In this document: positions 1-10,650 of the stretch, piece after piece | How positions within the stretch are numbered: the stretch's first letter is position 1 | Layout of the letters: the number at the start of each line of letters is the position of its first letter | NCBI GenBank assembly: GCA_902590285.1 | Contig: CACIWE010000001.1 | Span: 19,496-83,495, forward strand | Origin: an uncultured Pelagibacteraceae bacterium | GTDB taxonomy: Bacteria; Pseudomonadota; Alphaproteobacteria; Pelagibacterales; Pelagibacteraceae | Length of the DNA: 64,000 nt | Reading direction: 5' to 3' | Made by a program: the position numbers and the translations under genes | The notes under the pieces: model-generated | What the model saw: the letters and a program-made list of their open reading frames with translations, nothing else | Database searches by the model: none | What the model was told of the DNA's origin: nothing

Positions 1-384
1 AAATATACTGTCCCTTTTTTATTTGAAGGAACTAAAAATGAAAAAAATGAATTATCTAAAATTATTAAAAATCAAGATCTTTTTTTACAAGAAGGAGGCA
101 GAGTTATTAATTTAACTGATAAAGTAAATAAAGCAAATGCCCTAAAAGTTTTTGTCAGATTTTTTAAAAAAGATAATATTAATGTGAAAACAATTGCTGT
201 AGGAGATAATTATAATGACTTAAACATGCTAAAAACAAGTGATTTTCCTTGTTTAGTATTCAATGATAAATTTACTTTAGATAAAATTCCTATAAGCAAT
301 CTAATAACTTCAGATAAGCCATCACCTGAGGGCTGGGCAGATGTGATTAAAATGGCTCTAGTTGAAATTAATAAAAATAGATAA
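1..384 (+). CDS. gpgP: HAD-family glucosyl/mannosyl-3-phosphoglycerate phosphatase, 5'-truncated by window edge
   Basis: Frame +1 is open from base 1 (KYTVPFLF...QEGGRVINL...NKANAL...IAVGDNYNDLNML). HAD motif GDxxND; directly upstream of gpgS. Confidence 0.75.
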   Translation, partial: KYTVPFLFEGTKNEKNELSKIIKNQDLFLQEGGRVINLTDKVNKANALKVFVRFFKKDNINVKTIAVGDNYNDLNMLKTSDFPCLVFNDKFTLDKIPISNLITSDKPSPEGWADVIKMALVEINKNR

Positions 385-394
385 GATAAATATT

Positions 395-1615
395 ATGAGT
401 GATTTTTTTCAGAATGGTATTATTACCACACTTCACGACTTTGAAACAAAGTCTACGAAGCTAATTGAGGAAGAACTTTTAAGATTTTCAAAAGAGAGGA
501 AAATGGAACTCATTCTACCTTGCCTTTTCAGTGAATTAGAAGGTGATGCATTACCAAAAATAGTTTCTGAAATCGCTAAAACAAATTATTTGTATCATAT
601 TATAATAGGTTTAGATCAGGCTAATGAAATACAAGCTAAACAGGCATGGAATTTTTTTAAAAAATTAAAAACACCCTACACAATATTATGGAACGATGGT
701 CCAAATTTAAAAAAATTAGATGAAGAATTACAAACAAAAGCACTAGCACCAAACGAAAAAGGTAAAGGTAGAAATGTTTGGTACTGTATTGGAATGTCTA
801 TTGCAAGGAATACTGCTAGATCGGTTGCATTGCACGATTGTGATATAAAAACATACAATCGTAGAATGTTAGCTAAATTATTTTATCCGGTAGTAAATCC
901 TTTATTCAATTTTGAATTTTGTAAAGGTTACTATCCTAGGGTTGCAAATAATAAAATGAATGGAAGAGTTGCAAGGCTTTTAGTATTCCCATTATTAAAC
1001 GCTTTAGAAAAAACTATTGGTAAAAATGAATATTTAGATTTTATGAAATCATTTAAATATCCATTAGCTGGTGAATTCTCTTTTAGGAGAAATATTTTAC
1101 CAGAATTAAGAATTTCATCAGACTGGGGAATAGAGATTGGAATTCTATCTGAGATGCAAAGAAATTTTTCCCCTCAAAATATTTGTCAAGTTAATTTAGC
1201 TGATACTTACGATCATAAGCATCAGGATTTATCTATCGATGATGAAAGTAAAGGTTTATCTAGGATGTCTATCGATATAATAAAAACATTCATTAAAAAA
1301 CTAGCCACTCAAGGACATTCATTCAGTAAAGAGCAATTAAGATCATTAAAAGCAACATATTACAGATCTGCATTAGATTTAATAGATGCGTACAGATCTG
1401 ATGCTGAAATGAATGGTTTGAATTTTGACTCACATTCTGAAGAAAAAGCAGTTGAATTATTTTCTAGTAATATCATAAAAGCAGGTGAAGCTTTTTATTT
1501 AAATCCAATGGATGCTCCATTTATTCCCACATGGAGTCGAGTTAAAAGTGCTATCCCAAATTTTTTAACAAGATTAGGAAAAGCTGTTAACGAAGATAAT
1601 AAACGTTATTCTTAG
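395..1615 (+). CDS. gpgS: Glucosyl-3-phosphoglycerate synthase (long-type GT-A enzyme)
   Basis: MSDFFQNGIITTLH start (ATG 395 preferred over TTG 362). GKGRNVW, HDCDI, KGYYPRV, GRVARLLVFP, YPLAGEF, DWGIEIG and YDHKHQ motifs. Confidence 0.8.
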   Translation: MSDFFQNGIITTLHDFETKSTKLIEEELLRFSKERKMELILPCLFSELEGDALPKIVSEIAKTNYLYHIIIGLDQANEIQAKQAWNFFKKLKTPYTILWNDGPNLKKLDEELQTKALAPNEKGKGRNVWYCIGMSIARNTARSVALHDCDIKTYNRRMLAKLFYPVVNPLFNFEFCKGYYPRVANNKMNGRVARLLVFPLLNALEKTIGKNEYLDFMKSFKYPLAGEFSFRRNILPELRISSDWGIEIGILSEMQRNFSPQNICQVNLADTYDHKHQDLSIDDESKGLSRMSIDIIKTFIKKLATQGHSFSKEQLRSLKATYYRSALDLIDAYRSDAEMNGLNFDSHSEEKAVELFSSNIIKAGEAFYLNPMDAPFIPTWSRVKSAIPNFLTRLGKAVNEDNKRYS

Positions 1616-1730
1616 GGTCTTTTATGTCCTTTGTAATTACAAACTTCACCATAAGAGTATATTATTAATTTATTAAATAAGTATATGAAAATTATATTAT
1701 AATCTATATTTTATAAAGTATATTAATTCT

Positions 1731-2684
1731 GTGAAAAAAATACTTATTTACAATTCTGGTGGGGGGTTAGGAGATTCAATTCAAATTATCCCTCTATTGC
1801 TCAGTCTTAAAAATCATTTTCGAAGATCAAATATTTTCTATTTGGGATCACATTCAAATCATTTTGAAGGAAAATTAAAAGAATATAATATCAATATACA
1901 ATCTATCGATCTAAAAATTAAATATTTCGGTTTCAGGTGGTGGCATTTATTATTTGCAAGTAAAAGGTTCAAAGAAAAGTATGCCATCAAATTTGATTTA
2001 ATTATTGATCTTCAATCAAAATTTAGAAATTCTTTAATTTTAAAGAGAATTCCTCATGAACATTTTTGCTCTACTACTTTTAATAATCTTTTTTCAACAA
2101 AAAAAATTAAATATAAATCTATAAATCACATAGAAAATCTTAGTATCTTTTTAGGTGAAAAGATAAACACAATTAATTTTAATTTTAATAAATTGCCAAA
2201 AAACTTACTAAATGAGGCTAAAAAATTATTACCAAAGAATAATTACATTGGTTTTTCTTTAACACAAGGAAATAATTATAGAAAAAAAAGTTGGTCAATT
2301 TACAAGTTTATCTCGTTAGCAAATAAGTCTCTAATTAAAAACAAAATTCCAGTTTTTTTTATAGAGAAAACTCATGAGCAAATAATAGATAAAATAAAGA
2401 ATCAAGTGCCTGGCGCTTTATTTCCCGAAACAAAATCTGAGCTATCCTGCCCAGCTTTAGTAACAGCTTTGGCCTCAAGATTAGATCAAGCTGTCTCTAT
2501 AGATAATGGTGTGATGCATATGATGGGATTAGCAAATATCCCTATGATAGTTTTATTTGGCCCTACAAGTGCAGATAAGTTTGCACCAAAAAATAACTAT
2601 ACTAAAATTTTAGATAGTAAAAAAATTTACAATACATCAGATATAGAGTCTATTTCTGTGGATGAAGTCTACAACCTAATCTAA
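1731..2684 (+). CDS. Glycosyltransferase family 9 (LPS heptosyltransferase-like)
   Basis: N-terminal GGLGD and C-terminal DNGVMHM...LFGPT motifs of GT9. Confidence 0.8.
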   Translation: MKKILIYNSGGGLGDSIQIIPLLLSLKNHFRRSNIFYLGSHSNHFEGKLKEYNINIQSIDLKIKYFGFRWWHLLFASKRFKEKYAIKFDLIIDLQSKFRNSLILKRIPHEHFCSTTFNNLFSTKKIKYKSINHIENLSIFLGEKINTINFNFNKLPKNLLNEAKKLLPKNNYIGFSLTQGNNYRKKSWSIYKFISLANKSLIKNKIPVFFIEKTHEQIIDKIKNQVPGALFPETKSELSCPALVTALASRLDQAVSIDNGVMHMMGLANIPMIVLFGPTSADKFAPKNNYTKILDSKKIYNTSDIESISVDEVYNLI

Positions 2685-3439
2685 ATTTTTAATATTTGAA
2701 TTTTTTTTGTATTTATTAATTTTAACAAATCTTTGTTTACAGATTTTAATTTTGAAATTGAATTAGATCTCGTTACTATAGCTACGCCAATTTTTCCTAA
2801 TCTAAAAAATGGATAACTTCCTATTTCAACAAATTTTTTATATTTTTTTTGTATTAAACCTAATTGTTTTGAAATATTGCTTTCTACAGTATAAAGATTA
2901 ATCGTTTTGCTATGAATTTTTGAACCTTTTACTAAATATCTTTTACAATTTTCAATCATAGAAATTAAAATCGAAGGCACTCCTGGTAATGAAAATACAT
3001 TTTTAGTAACAAAACCTGGTGCAGCGCTAGATGGATTGTAAATTAATTTTGCTCCGCGAGGCATTTTAGCCATTTTTTTTCTACCGTCATTAAATTTTGT
3101 TTTGCCATAATATTTTTCAAGAATTAGAAAAGCTTCTTTATGATATTCATACTTTACTTTAAAAGCTTTAGAAATTGATTTAGCTGTAATATCATCGTGA
3201 GTTGGGCCGATGCCTCCCGTAGTAAAAACGTAATTAAAATTTTTTGAAAGAATTAAGATGTTTTTAACAATAATCCTCTCATTATCTGGAATAATTCTGA
3301 CCTCGCTTACTGCTATTCCACATTCAGAATTCAACCAACTAGAAATAAATGCAACATTCTTTTCCTGAGTTCGACCTGAAAGTATCTCATTTCCTATGAT
3401 TAAAATTGCTGCATTAATTTTTTTTATTTTTTTCTTCAT
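2681..3439 (-). CDS. CinA-like molybdopterin-binding domain protein
   Basis: IIGNEILSG and FTTGGIGPTHDDIT motifs. Confidence 0.85.
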   Translation of the reverse strand: MKKKIKKINAAILIIGNEILSGRTQEKNVAFISSWLNSECGIAVSEVRIIPDNERIIVKNILILSKNFNYVFTTGGIGPTHDDITAKSISKAFKVKYEYHKEAFLILEKYYGKTKFNDGRKKMAKMPRGAKLIYNPSSAAPGFVTKNVFSLPGVPSILISMIENCKRYLVKGSKIHSKTINLYTVESNISKQLGLIQKKYKKFVEIGSYPFFRLGKIGVAIVTRSNSISKLKSVNKDLLKLINTKKIQILKI

Positions 3440-3456
3440 AAAAGTTATAAGTATAT

Positions 3457-4152
3457 ATGCAATTTGAAAGTAAATTAATACCAGGACTATTTATAAAAAG
3501 ATACAAGCGTTTTTTTGCTGATATAAAAATTAATAAAAAGATTATTACCGCTCATTGTCCTAATACTGGTTCAATGTTAGGGCTTTTGAAAAAAGGTAAT
3601 AAAGTATGGGTGAGTGAATCTAAAAATCCAAATCGTAAATTAAAATATACTTTAGAAATTATTGAGGATAATAATGCTAAAGTTGGAGTTAATACACATT
3701 CTAGTAATAAAATAGTTTTTCATGCACTTAAAAATAAATTAATTAATAAATTTACCAACATTTTAGAAATAAAACCTGAAAAAAAATTCGATAAGAATAC
3801 TAGATTTGATTTCTTAATTTCTAATAATAAAATGAAAGCATTCATTGAGGTTAAAAATGTGACACTTTCTAGAAAAAAAAAGATAGCAGAATTTCCTGAT
3901 GCTGTAACCTCTAGGGGTCTAAAGCATATTTATCAACTTATTAAAGCTGGAAAGAAGAAATATAAAATTTATTTACTTTACTTAATACAAAGAGACGATT
4001 GTCAATTATTTTCCATAGCTAAGGACATTGATCCTGAATATGCTTATGCTTTGAGAAAAGCTGTTAAAAACAATCTAAAAATTCTTTGCTACGATTGTAA
4101 GTTTTCCTCAAAAGGAATAAAACTCAATAATGAAATCAAGTTCAAAATATAA
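3457..4152 (+). CDS. sfsA: Sugar fermentation stimulation protein / nuclease SfsA
   Basis: RYKRFFAD, AHCPNTGSM, FIEVKNVTL and FPDAVTSRG motifs. Confidence 0.93.
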   Translation: MQFESKLIPGLFIKRYKRFFADIKINKKIITAHCPNTGSMLGLLKKGNKVWVSESKNPNRKLKYTLEIIEDNNAKVGVNTHSSNKIVFHALKNKLINKFTNILEIKPEKKFDKNTRFDFLISNNKMKAFIEVKNVTLSRKKKIAEFPDAVTSRGLKHIYQLIKAGKKKYKIYLLYLIQRDDCQLFSIAKDIDPEYAYALRKAVKNNLKILCYDCKFSSKGIKLNNEIKFKI

Positions 4153-4892
4153 TGGATGAAAATTTTAAAGAAGCTTTTGAAAAAACTAGAATAGCAGGGT
4201 CTATTGCGGCTGGTGCGTTAAACGAAGTAAGTAAAATAATTAAGCCAGGTATTGCGACTGCTGAGATTGATAAAATTTGTTATGAATTTATAAATGATAA
4301 CAAAGCTTATTCAGCACCGTTATTTTATAGAGGCTATCCCAAATCTTGTTGCACTTCAGCTAATCATGTCGTGTGTCACGGAATTCCATCTGCAAAGATT
4401 TTAAAAGAAGGTGACATTATTAATGTTGATGTAACAGCTATGAAGGATGGGTGGCATGGAGACACTAGTAGAATGTTTAAAATAGGTGCGGTTTCAATAA
4501 AAGCTGAAAAATTAATTAATACTACTTACGAGTCTATGATGAAAGCTATTGAAGTTGTGAAAGATGGTATTCATTTAGGAGATATTGGTTCAACAATACA
4601 AAAGCATGTTGAAGCTCAAGGTTTTTCAGTCGTTCAAGATTTTTGTGGCCACGGAATTGGTAAAAAATTTCATAAAGAACCGAATATACTACATTACGGT
4701 GAAGCTGGAACTGGAGAAAAAATAAAAACTGGAATGATTTTTACTATTGAGCCAATGATAAATCTAGGAAAATACGAAACAAAAACTTTAAATGATGGTT
4801 GGACAGCTGTAACCAAAGATAAATCATTATCAGCACAATTTGAACATACAATAGGTGTAACAAAAGATGGTTGTGAAATATTTACAAATTAA
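4152..4892 (+). CDS. map: Methionine aminopeptidase type I
   Basis: VCHGIP, DGWHGDTSR, GHGIG, FTIEPMIN and SAQFEHT motifs. Confidence 0.96.
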   Translation: MDENFKEAFEKTRIAGSIAAGALNEVSKIIKPGIATAEIDKICYEFINDNKAYSAPLFYRGYPKSCCTSANHVVCHGIPSAKILKEGDIINVDVTAMKDGWHGDTSRMFKIGAVSIKAEKLINTTYESMMKAIEVVKDGIHLGDIGSTIQKHVEAQGFSVVQDFCGHGIGKKFHKEPNILHYGEAGTGEKIKTGMIFTIEPMINLGKYETKTLNDGWTAVTKDKSLSAQFEHTIGVTKDGCEIFTN

Positions 4893-4910
4893 AAAAAATA
4901 ATTAAGTTTT

Positions 4911-6206
4911 ATGATTGAAAGATACACTAGAAATGAAATTAAAACTATTTGGGATGATTATAATAGATATTCTATATGGCTTGATATTGAATTGGCTGCA
5001 GCTGAAGCCATGGAAAAGTTTAAAATTATTCCCAAGGGAATTGTAAAAAAAATTAAATCAAAGGCGAAAATAAATCCTAAAAGAATTATTCAAATAGAGT
5101 CTAAAGTTAAACATGACATTATTGCTTTTTTGACATCTATCACAGAGAAATCTGGCAAAGAAGCAAGATATTTGCATAAAGGTATGACTTCATCAGACGT
5201 TTTGGACACTTGTTTTAATCTTCAACTTAAACAATCAGGTGAAATATTATTAAAAGATATAAATGAATTACTTCAGTCAATAAAAAAACAAGCATTAAAA
5301 CACAAATACACTTTATGTATTGGCAGAAGTCATGGAATTCACGCAGAACCAATTACTTTTGGGTTAAAGATGTTATCTTTTTATCAAGAATTTTTAAGAA
5401 ATAAAAAAAGATTAGAGAATTCTATTGAAGAAATTTCTACATGTGCAATATCTGGCGCTGTAGGCACATTTGCAAATATAGATCCAAGAGTAGAATATTA
5501 CGTTGCAAAAAAGTTAAAATTAAAAATTGAACCTGTTTCAACTCAAGTAATTCCAAGAGATAGACATGCTCAATATTTCTCAACTTTAGGTATTATAGCA
5601 AGTTCTATAGAAAGATTTGCAATCGAAATAAGACATCTGCAAAGAACAGAGGTAAATGAAGTAGCAGAATTTTTTGGTAAAAAACAAAAAGGGTCCTCTG
5701 CTATGCCGCACAAAAAAAATCCTATCTTAAGTGAGAACTTAACAGGTTTAGCAAGGTTAATTAGATCAACTGTTGTTCCAGCATTAGAAAACGTCGCTTT
5801 ATGGCATGAGAGAGATATTTCTCATTCAGCTGTGGAAAGAAATATTGGACCAGATGCTACCATAGCTTTAGATTTTGCATTAAGCAGGTTAACTAATGTC
5901 GTTAAGAGTCTGAACGTTTATCCAAAAAATATGAAAAAAAATCTTAATATTACGAATGGAATATTTTTTTCACAGAGAGTACTTTTGGAATTGACTGCTT
6001 ATGGTTTCACAAGAGAAGAGTCATATAAAATTGTCCAAAAAAATGCACTACAAGCGTGGAAGGAAAACTCTTCTTTTTACAAAAAAATAGTAGCTGATAA
6101 AAAAATAACTAATAAAATACCTGTTAATAAAATTCGAAAACTATTTGATTTTAGTTACCATACAAAAAAAATTAATATAATTTTCAAAAGAAGTCTAAAA
6201 AAATAA
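4911..6206 (+). CDS. purB: Adenylosuccinate lyase
   Basis: [11 protein letters not shown] signature, [10 protein letters not shown]; heads the pur cluster. Confidence 0.97.
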   Translation: MIERYTRNEIKTIWDDYNRYSIWLDIELAAAEAMEKFKIIPKGIVKKIKSKAKINPKRIIQIESKVKHDIIAFLTSITEKSGKEARYLHKGMTSSDVLDTCFNLQLKQSGEILLKDINELLQSIKKQALKHKYTLCIGRSHGIHAEPITFGLKMLSFYQEFLRNKKRLENSIEEISTCAISGAVGTFANIDPRVEYYVAKKLKLKIEPVSTQVIPRDRHAQYFSTLGIIASSIERFAIEIRHLQRTEVNEVAEFFGKKQKGSSAMPHKKNPILSENLTGLARLIRSTVVPALENVALWHERDISHSAVERNIGPDATIALDFALSRLTNVVKSLNVYPKNMKKNLNITNGIFFSQRVLLELTAYGFTREESYKIVQKNALQAWKENSSFYKKIVADKKITNKIPVNKIRKLFDFSYHTKKINIIFKRSLKK

Positions 6207-6210
6207 TCAG

Positions 6211-7002
6211 ATGAATAAAGGTAAAAAAATATACGAAGGTAAAGCAAAGATACTTTACGAAACAAAAGATAAAGATTTAATTATTCAACATTTTAAAGAT
6301 GATGCTACAGCGTTCAACAATCTTAAAAAGGCCAGTGTAGAGGGAAAAGGAGTTTTGAATAATAGAATATCAGAATATATCTTAACTAATTTATCTCAAT
6401 GTGGAATCAAAACGCATTTTATTAAACGTTTAAATATGAGGGAACAATTAATAAAAAAAGCTGATATTTTTCCAATTGAATTTATTGTTAGAAACATTGC
6501 TACAGGCTCACTAACAAAAAGACTTGGCATACCTGAAGGAACGGTATTAGAAAAACCATTGTTTGAATACTGCTATAAGAAAGATGAATTGAATGATCCT
6601 TTAGTTTCGAAAGAACACATTTTTTCTTTTGATTGGGCAAGTGAAAAAGAAATTCAATTGATTGATAAAATGACTGCAAGAATTAATGATTTATTGGTAG
6701 GTATGTTCAGAGGTATTGGTATTAAACTAGTTGACTTTAAAATTGAATATGGAAAGGCGTGGAACAAGGATACAGAAAAAAAAGAAATTGTTTTGGCTGA
6801 TGAAATTAGTCCAGATACTTGTCGTCTTTGGGACTCTAAAACAGAAAAGAAATTAGATAAAGATAGGTTTAGAAAAGATTTAGGTAACATAATACAAGGT
6901 TATCAAGAAGTGGCAAGAAGATTAGGTATTATGCCGGAAGAAACAAATATAAGTGAAGTCAATTTTGGTAAAACAATACCAATAAAATTCAAAAAAAAAT
7001 AA
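6211..7002 (+). CDS. purC: SAICAR synthetase
   Basis: [15 protein letters not shown] and [13 protein letters not shown] motifs. Confidence 0.97.
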   Translation: MNKGKKIYEGKAKILYETKDKDLIIQHFKDDATAFNNLKKASVEGKGVLNNRISEYILTNLSQCGIKTHFIKRLNMREQLIKKADIFPIEFIVRNIATGSLTKRLGIPEGTVLEKPLFEYCYKKDELNDPLVSKEHIFSFDWASEKEIQLIDKMTARINDLLVGMFRGIGIKLVDFKIEYGKAWNKDTEKKEIVLADEISPDTCRLWDSKTEKKLDKDRFRKDLGNIIQGYQEVARRLGIMPEETNISEVNFGKTIPIKFKKK

Positions 7003-7003
7003 A

Positions 7004-7243
7004 TTGAAATTTTCTGTTACAGTAACACTTAAAAAAGATGTTTTAGATCCTCAGGGAAAAGTTGTTCAAAATACATTAATAAATATGGGCATGAGTGATC
7101 TCAAAAGTATTAGACAAGGAAAACATTTTGAAATTGATGTGAGTGAAAACGATCAAACAGTAGCTGAAAAAAAAATAGACGAGATGTGTAGAAAGCTTTT
7201 AGTAAATTTAATTATTGAGGACTACAAAATTAACAAAATTTAA
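7004..7243 (+). CDS. purS: FGAM synthase subunit PurS
   Basis: VLDPQG motif; size and position between purC and purQ. Confidence 0.95.
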   Translation: MKFSVTVTLKKDVLDPQGKVVQNTLINMGMSDLKSIRQGKHFEIDVSENDQTVAEKKIDEMCRKLLVNLIIEDYKINKI

Positions 7244-7920
7244 TGAAATCTTCCGTAATTGTTTTTCCTGGATCTAATTGTGATAGAGACATTGCTGTAG
7301 CTCTAGAAAAAATGCAATTTAAAAATCAAATGGTGTGGCATAAAGAGACTAAATTGCCAAAATCTGACTTGATAGTAGTGCCAGGTGGTTTCTCTTATGG
7401 TGATTATCTAAGATCAGGAGCTATAGCTGGTAAATCACTAATAATTGATGAAGTTATTAAAGCAGCTAAATCAGGATGTTTAATTTTAGGAATTTGTAAT
7501 GGTTTCCAAATTCTTACTGAAACAGGTCTTTTAAAAGGGACCCTATTAAGAAATAAAAATTTAAAATTTATAAATAAAGATGTTTTTATCAAAGTAATAA
7601 ACAATGAAACAAGGTTTTCTAAAAAATATAAAAAAGATCAGATTTTAAAAATTAATATTGCTCACAATGAAGGTAACTTTTTTACTGATCACAATCATTT
7701 AAATGAGTTAAAAGATAAAAATTTAATTGCATTTAAATATTCTGATGAAAAAGGAAATGTAAGTGAAAATTCAAATCCTAATGGTTCCCTAGAAAATATT
7801 GCTGGAATTTATAACGCTAATAAAAATATCTTAGGTATGATGCCGCATCCTGAGCGTATGGTAGATGAAATTATTTCAAATAAAGATGGAATAAATTTAT
7901 TTTCAAGTTTGTTAAATTAA
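7243..7920 (+). CDS. purQ: FGAM synthase glutaminase subunit
   Basis: FPGSNCD, GGFSYGDYLR, GICNGFQ and MMPHPER motifs. Confidence 0.97.
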   Translation: MKSSVIVFPGSNCDRDIAVALEKMQFKNQMVWHKETKLPKSDLIVVPGGFSYGDYLRSGAIAGKSLIIDEVIKAAKSGCLILGICNGFQILTETGLLKGTLLRNKNLKFINKDVFIKVINNETRFSKKYKKDQILKINIAHNEGNFFTDHNHLNELKDKNLIAFKYSDEKGNVSENSNPNGSLENIAGIYNANKNILGMMPHPERMVDEIISNKDGINLFSSLLN

Positions 7921-7921
7921 A

Positions 7922-10102
7922 ATGATAATAACTGATCAAATTGTAGAAAAACATGGTCTTTCTAAAGAAGAATTCAAAAATATAAAGAAACTTTTAAAAA
8001 GAGATCCAAATTTGTTAGAACTTGGAGTTTTTTCTGCAATGTGGAATGAACATTGTTCATATAAATCTTCTAGATTACACCTAAAAAATTTACCGACTAA
8101 AGGAAAACAAGTTATTCAAGGACCTGGTGAAAATGCTGGTGTAATTGATATTGGAGATGATGATGCAATAGTTTTTAAAATAGAAAGTCATAACCACCCT
8201 TCCTATATTGAACCTTACCAGGGAGCAGCAACTGGTGTTGGGGGAATTTTAAGAGATGTTTTTACAATGGGAGCAAGGCCTATAGCTTTATTAAATTCAA
8301 TACACTTTGGTTCACCAAAGCATAGTAAAACTAAAAGTTTATTAAATGGTGTTGTTTCAGGTATCGGAGGCTATGGAAATTGTATTGGAATACCAACTGT
8401 TGCTGGAGAAACAAAATTTAATGAGACTTATAATGAAAATATTTTAGTAAATGCTATGGCTGTAGGACATGCAAAAAAAGATAAAATTTTTTATTCAAAA
8501 GCTAAAGGATTGAATAAATCTGTGGTTTATGTTGGTTCTAAAACTGGTCGGGATGGAATTCATGGTGCGTCTATGGCGTCAGCAGAATTTGATGAAAATT
8601 CTGAGTCAAAAAAACCTACCGTGCAAGTTGGTGACCCATTTACTGAAAAACTTTTAATGGAGGCTTGTCTTGAGTTAATGAAAGACAATTCTATTATTTC
8701 AATTCAAGATATGGGTGCTGCTGGATTAACATCTTCTAGTGTTGAGATGGCTTCAAAAGGTGGTTTAGGTATAGAGCTTGAATTAGATAAAGTACCTTGC
8801 AGAGAAGAAAATATGTCACCTTATGAAATGATGTTATCAGAAAGTCAGGAGAGAATGCTTATTATTCTTGAAGATGGTAAAGAGCAAAATGCTAAAAAAA
8901 TTTTTGATAAATGGGATTTAGATTTTGTTGTAATTGGAAAAACTACAAATACAAATAATTTAACATTAAAGTATGAAAATCAAATTGTTGGAGAAATTCC
9001 TGTTGAAGCATTAGCGTCTAAAGCTCCAATTTATGACAGAAAATGGATAAAGAAAAAAACAAAGAAAAGTAGTTTTAATTTTAAAAAACTTAAAAAAATT
9101 AAAATCGAAGACGCTTTAATAAAGATTTTATCAAGTCCAAATCATTCAAGTAAGAATTGGATCACAGATCAATATGACCAAAGTGTTATGTGTGACACAG
9201 TTTTAAAATCTGGTTCAGATGCAGCAATAATTCGAATACATAATAAAGATAAAGCAATTGCTGTGTCTGTGGACTCTTCTGCAAATTATTGCAAATCACA
9301 TCCGATTACAGGTGGAAAACAAATAGTATGTGAAAATTGGAGAAATCTAATTACGGTTGGTGCGAAACCATTAGCGATTACTAATTGCCTTAACTTTGGT
9401 AATCCTGAAAATCAAGAAATCATGGGAGAATTCGCAGAATGTTTACAAGGTATTAAAGAAGCATGTGAATTTTTGAACTATCCTGTAGTCTCAGGCAATG
9501 TTTCATTTTATAACGGTACAAATAAAAAAAATATTTATCCAACACCGGTAATTGGTGGTGTTGGTTTAATAAAAAAATTATCTAAACCTTTAAGTCATCA
9601 TTTTAAAAAAGATAAAAGCAGCTTAATACTTATTGGAAAAACTTTTGGTCACTTAGATCAAAGTTGTTTTTTGAAGGAGAATTATTCGATAAATGAAGGA
9701 CTACCTCCAGAGGTAAATCTTTTAAATGAAAAAAATAATGGTGAAAGTCTTTTAAAATTGATAAATAAGAATTTGATATTATCTTCTCACGATATATCTA
9801 ATGGTGGCTTGATTACTGCACTTTCAGAAATGTCAATTTCTTCAGGAATTGGAGCTAAAATTTTAAAACCCAAAAAATTAACTAATTTAATTGAATATTT
9901 TTTTGGTGAAGATCAAGCTAGATATATCGTGGAAGTTGAAGATAATAGTATAGGAAAAGTTGAGAAGATTTTAAAAGAAAATAATATCTTTTTCGAAAAT
10001 ATTGGATTTACTCAAAATGAATTCCTTGAAATTGAAGGTGAGTTAAAAATTAGCACTAAAGATTTATTTAAAATTAATAACGAATGGTATAATAACTACT
10101 AA
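7922..10102 (+). CDS. purL: FGAM synthase subunit PurL
   Basis: WNEHCSYK, ESHNHPS, GRDGIHGA and SESQERM motifs. Confidence 0.97.
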   Translation: MIITDQIVEKHGLSKEEFKNIKKLLKRDPNLLELGVFSAMWNEHCSYKSSRLHLKNLPTKGKQVIQGPGENAGVIDIGDDDAIVFKIESHNHPSYIEPYQGAATGVGGILRDVFTMGARPIALLNSIHFGSPKHSKTKSLLNGVVSGIGGYGNCIGIPTVAGETKFNETYNENILVNAMAVGHAKKDKIFYSKAKGLNKSVVYVGSKTGRDGIHGASMASAEFDENSESKKPTVQVGDPFTEKLLMEACLELMKDNSIISIQDMGAAGLTSSSVEMASKGGLGIELELDKVPCREENMSPYEMMLSESQERMLIILEDGKEQNAKKIFDKWDLDFVVIGKTTNTNNLTLKYENQIVGEIPVEALASKAPIYDRKWIKKKTKKSSFNFKKLKKIKIEDALIKILSSPNHSSKNWITDQYDQSVMCDTVLKSGSDAAIIRIHNKDKAIAVSVDSSANYCKSHPITGGKQIVCENWRNLITVGAKPLAITNCLNFGNPENQEIMGEFAECLQGIKEACEFLNYPVVSGNVSFYNGTNKKNIYPTPVIGGVGLIKKLSKPLSHHFKKDKSSLILIGKTFGHLDQSCFLKENYSINEGLPPEVNLLNEKNNGESLLKLINKNLILSSHDISNGGLITALSEMSISSGIGAKILKPKKLTNLIEYFFGEDQARYIVEVEDNSIGKVEKILKENNIFFENIGFTQNEFLEIEGELKISTKDLFKINNEWYNNY

Positions 10103-10332
10103 TGGCTTTACCAGTAGAAGAAATAAAAAAACTTATAAAAGAGTCTATTCCAGATGCAACAATTGAAATTAAGGATTTAATGGGAGATAATAATCACTAT
10201 TCTGCAACAATAAAATCTTCCCAATTTAATAAACTAAACAAAATTGAACAGCATAAGTTAGTATACAAATCTTTAAAAGGTAAGATGGGAAATGAACTTC
10301 ATGCTTTATCTTTAACTACTGAAGGAAAATAA
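10102..10332 (+). CDS. bolA: BolA family protein
   Basis: GDNNHY, QHKLVY and LHALSL motifs; adjacent to monothiol glutaredoxin. Confidence 0.9.
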   Translation: MALPVEEIKKLIKESIPDATIEIKDLMGDNNHYSATIKSSQFNKLNKIEQHKLVYKSLKGKMGNELHALSLTTEGK

Positions 10333-10649
10333 TGGAAATAAATAAGAAAATAGAGACAATTATAAATGACAACGAAGTTTGCCTTTTTATGAAAGGAACT
10401 CCAGATGCTCCTCAGTGTGGATTTTCAATGGCAGTGTCCAATGTTTTAAAACATTTAAATGTAAATTTTAAAGGCATAAATGTGTTAGAAGATGAAAAAT
10501 TAAGACAAGGTATAAAAGATTTTAGTGACTGGCCAACAATTCCTCAGCTATATGTTAAAAAGGAATTCATAGGTGGTTGCGATATTGTTAAAGAAATGTT
10601 TGAAAAAGGCGAATTAAAAAAACTTTTTGAAGACAAAAATATTATTTAA
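10332..10649 (+). CDS. grxD: Monothiol glutaredoxin Grx4
   Basis: CGFS active site, WPTIPQLY and GGCDI. Confidence 0.95.
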   Translation: MEINKKIETIINDNEVCLFMKGTPDAPQCGFSMAVSNVLKHLNVNFKGINVLEDEKLRQGIKDFSDWPTIPQLYVKKEFIGGCDIVKEMFEKGELKKLFEDKNII

Positions 10650-10650
10650 A

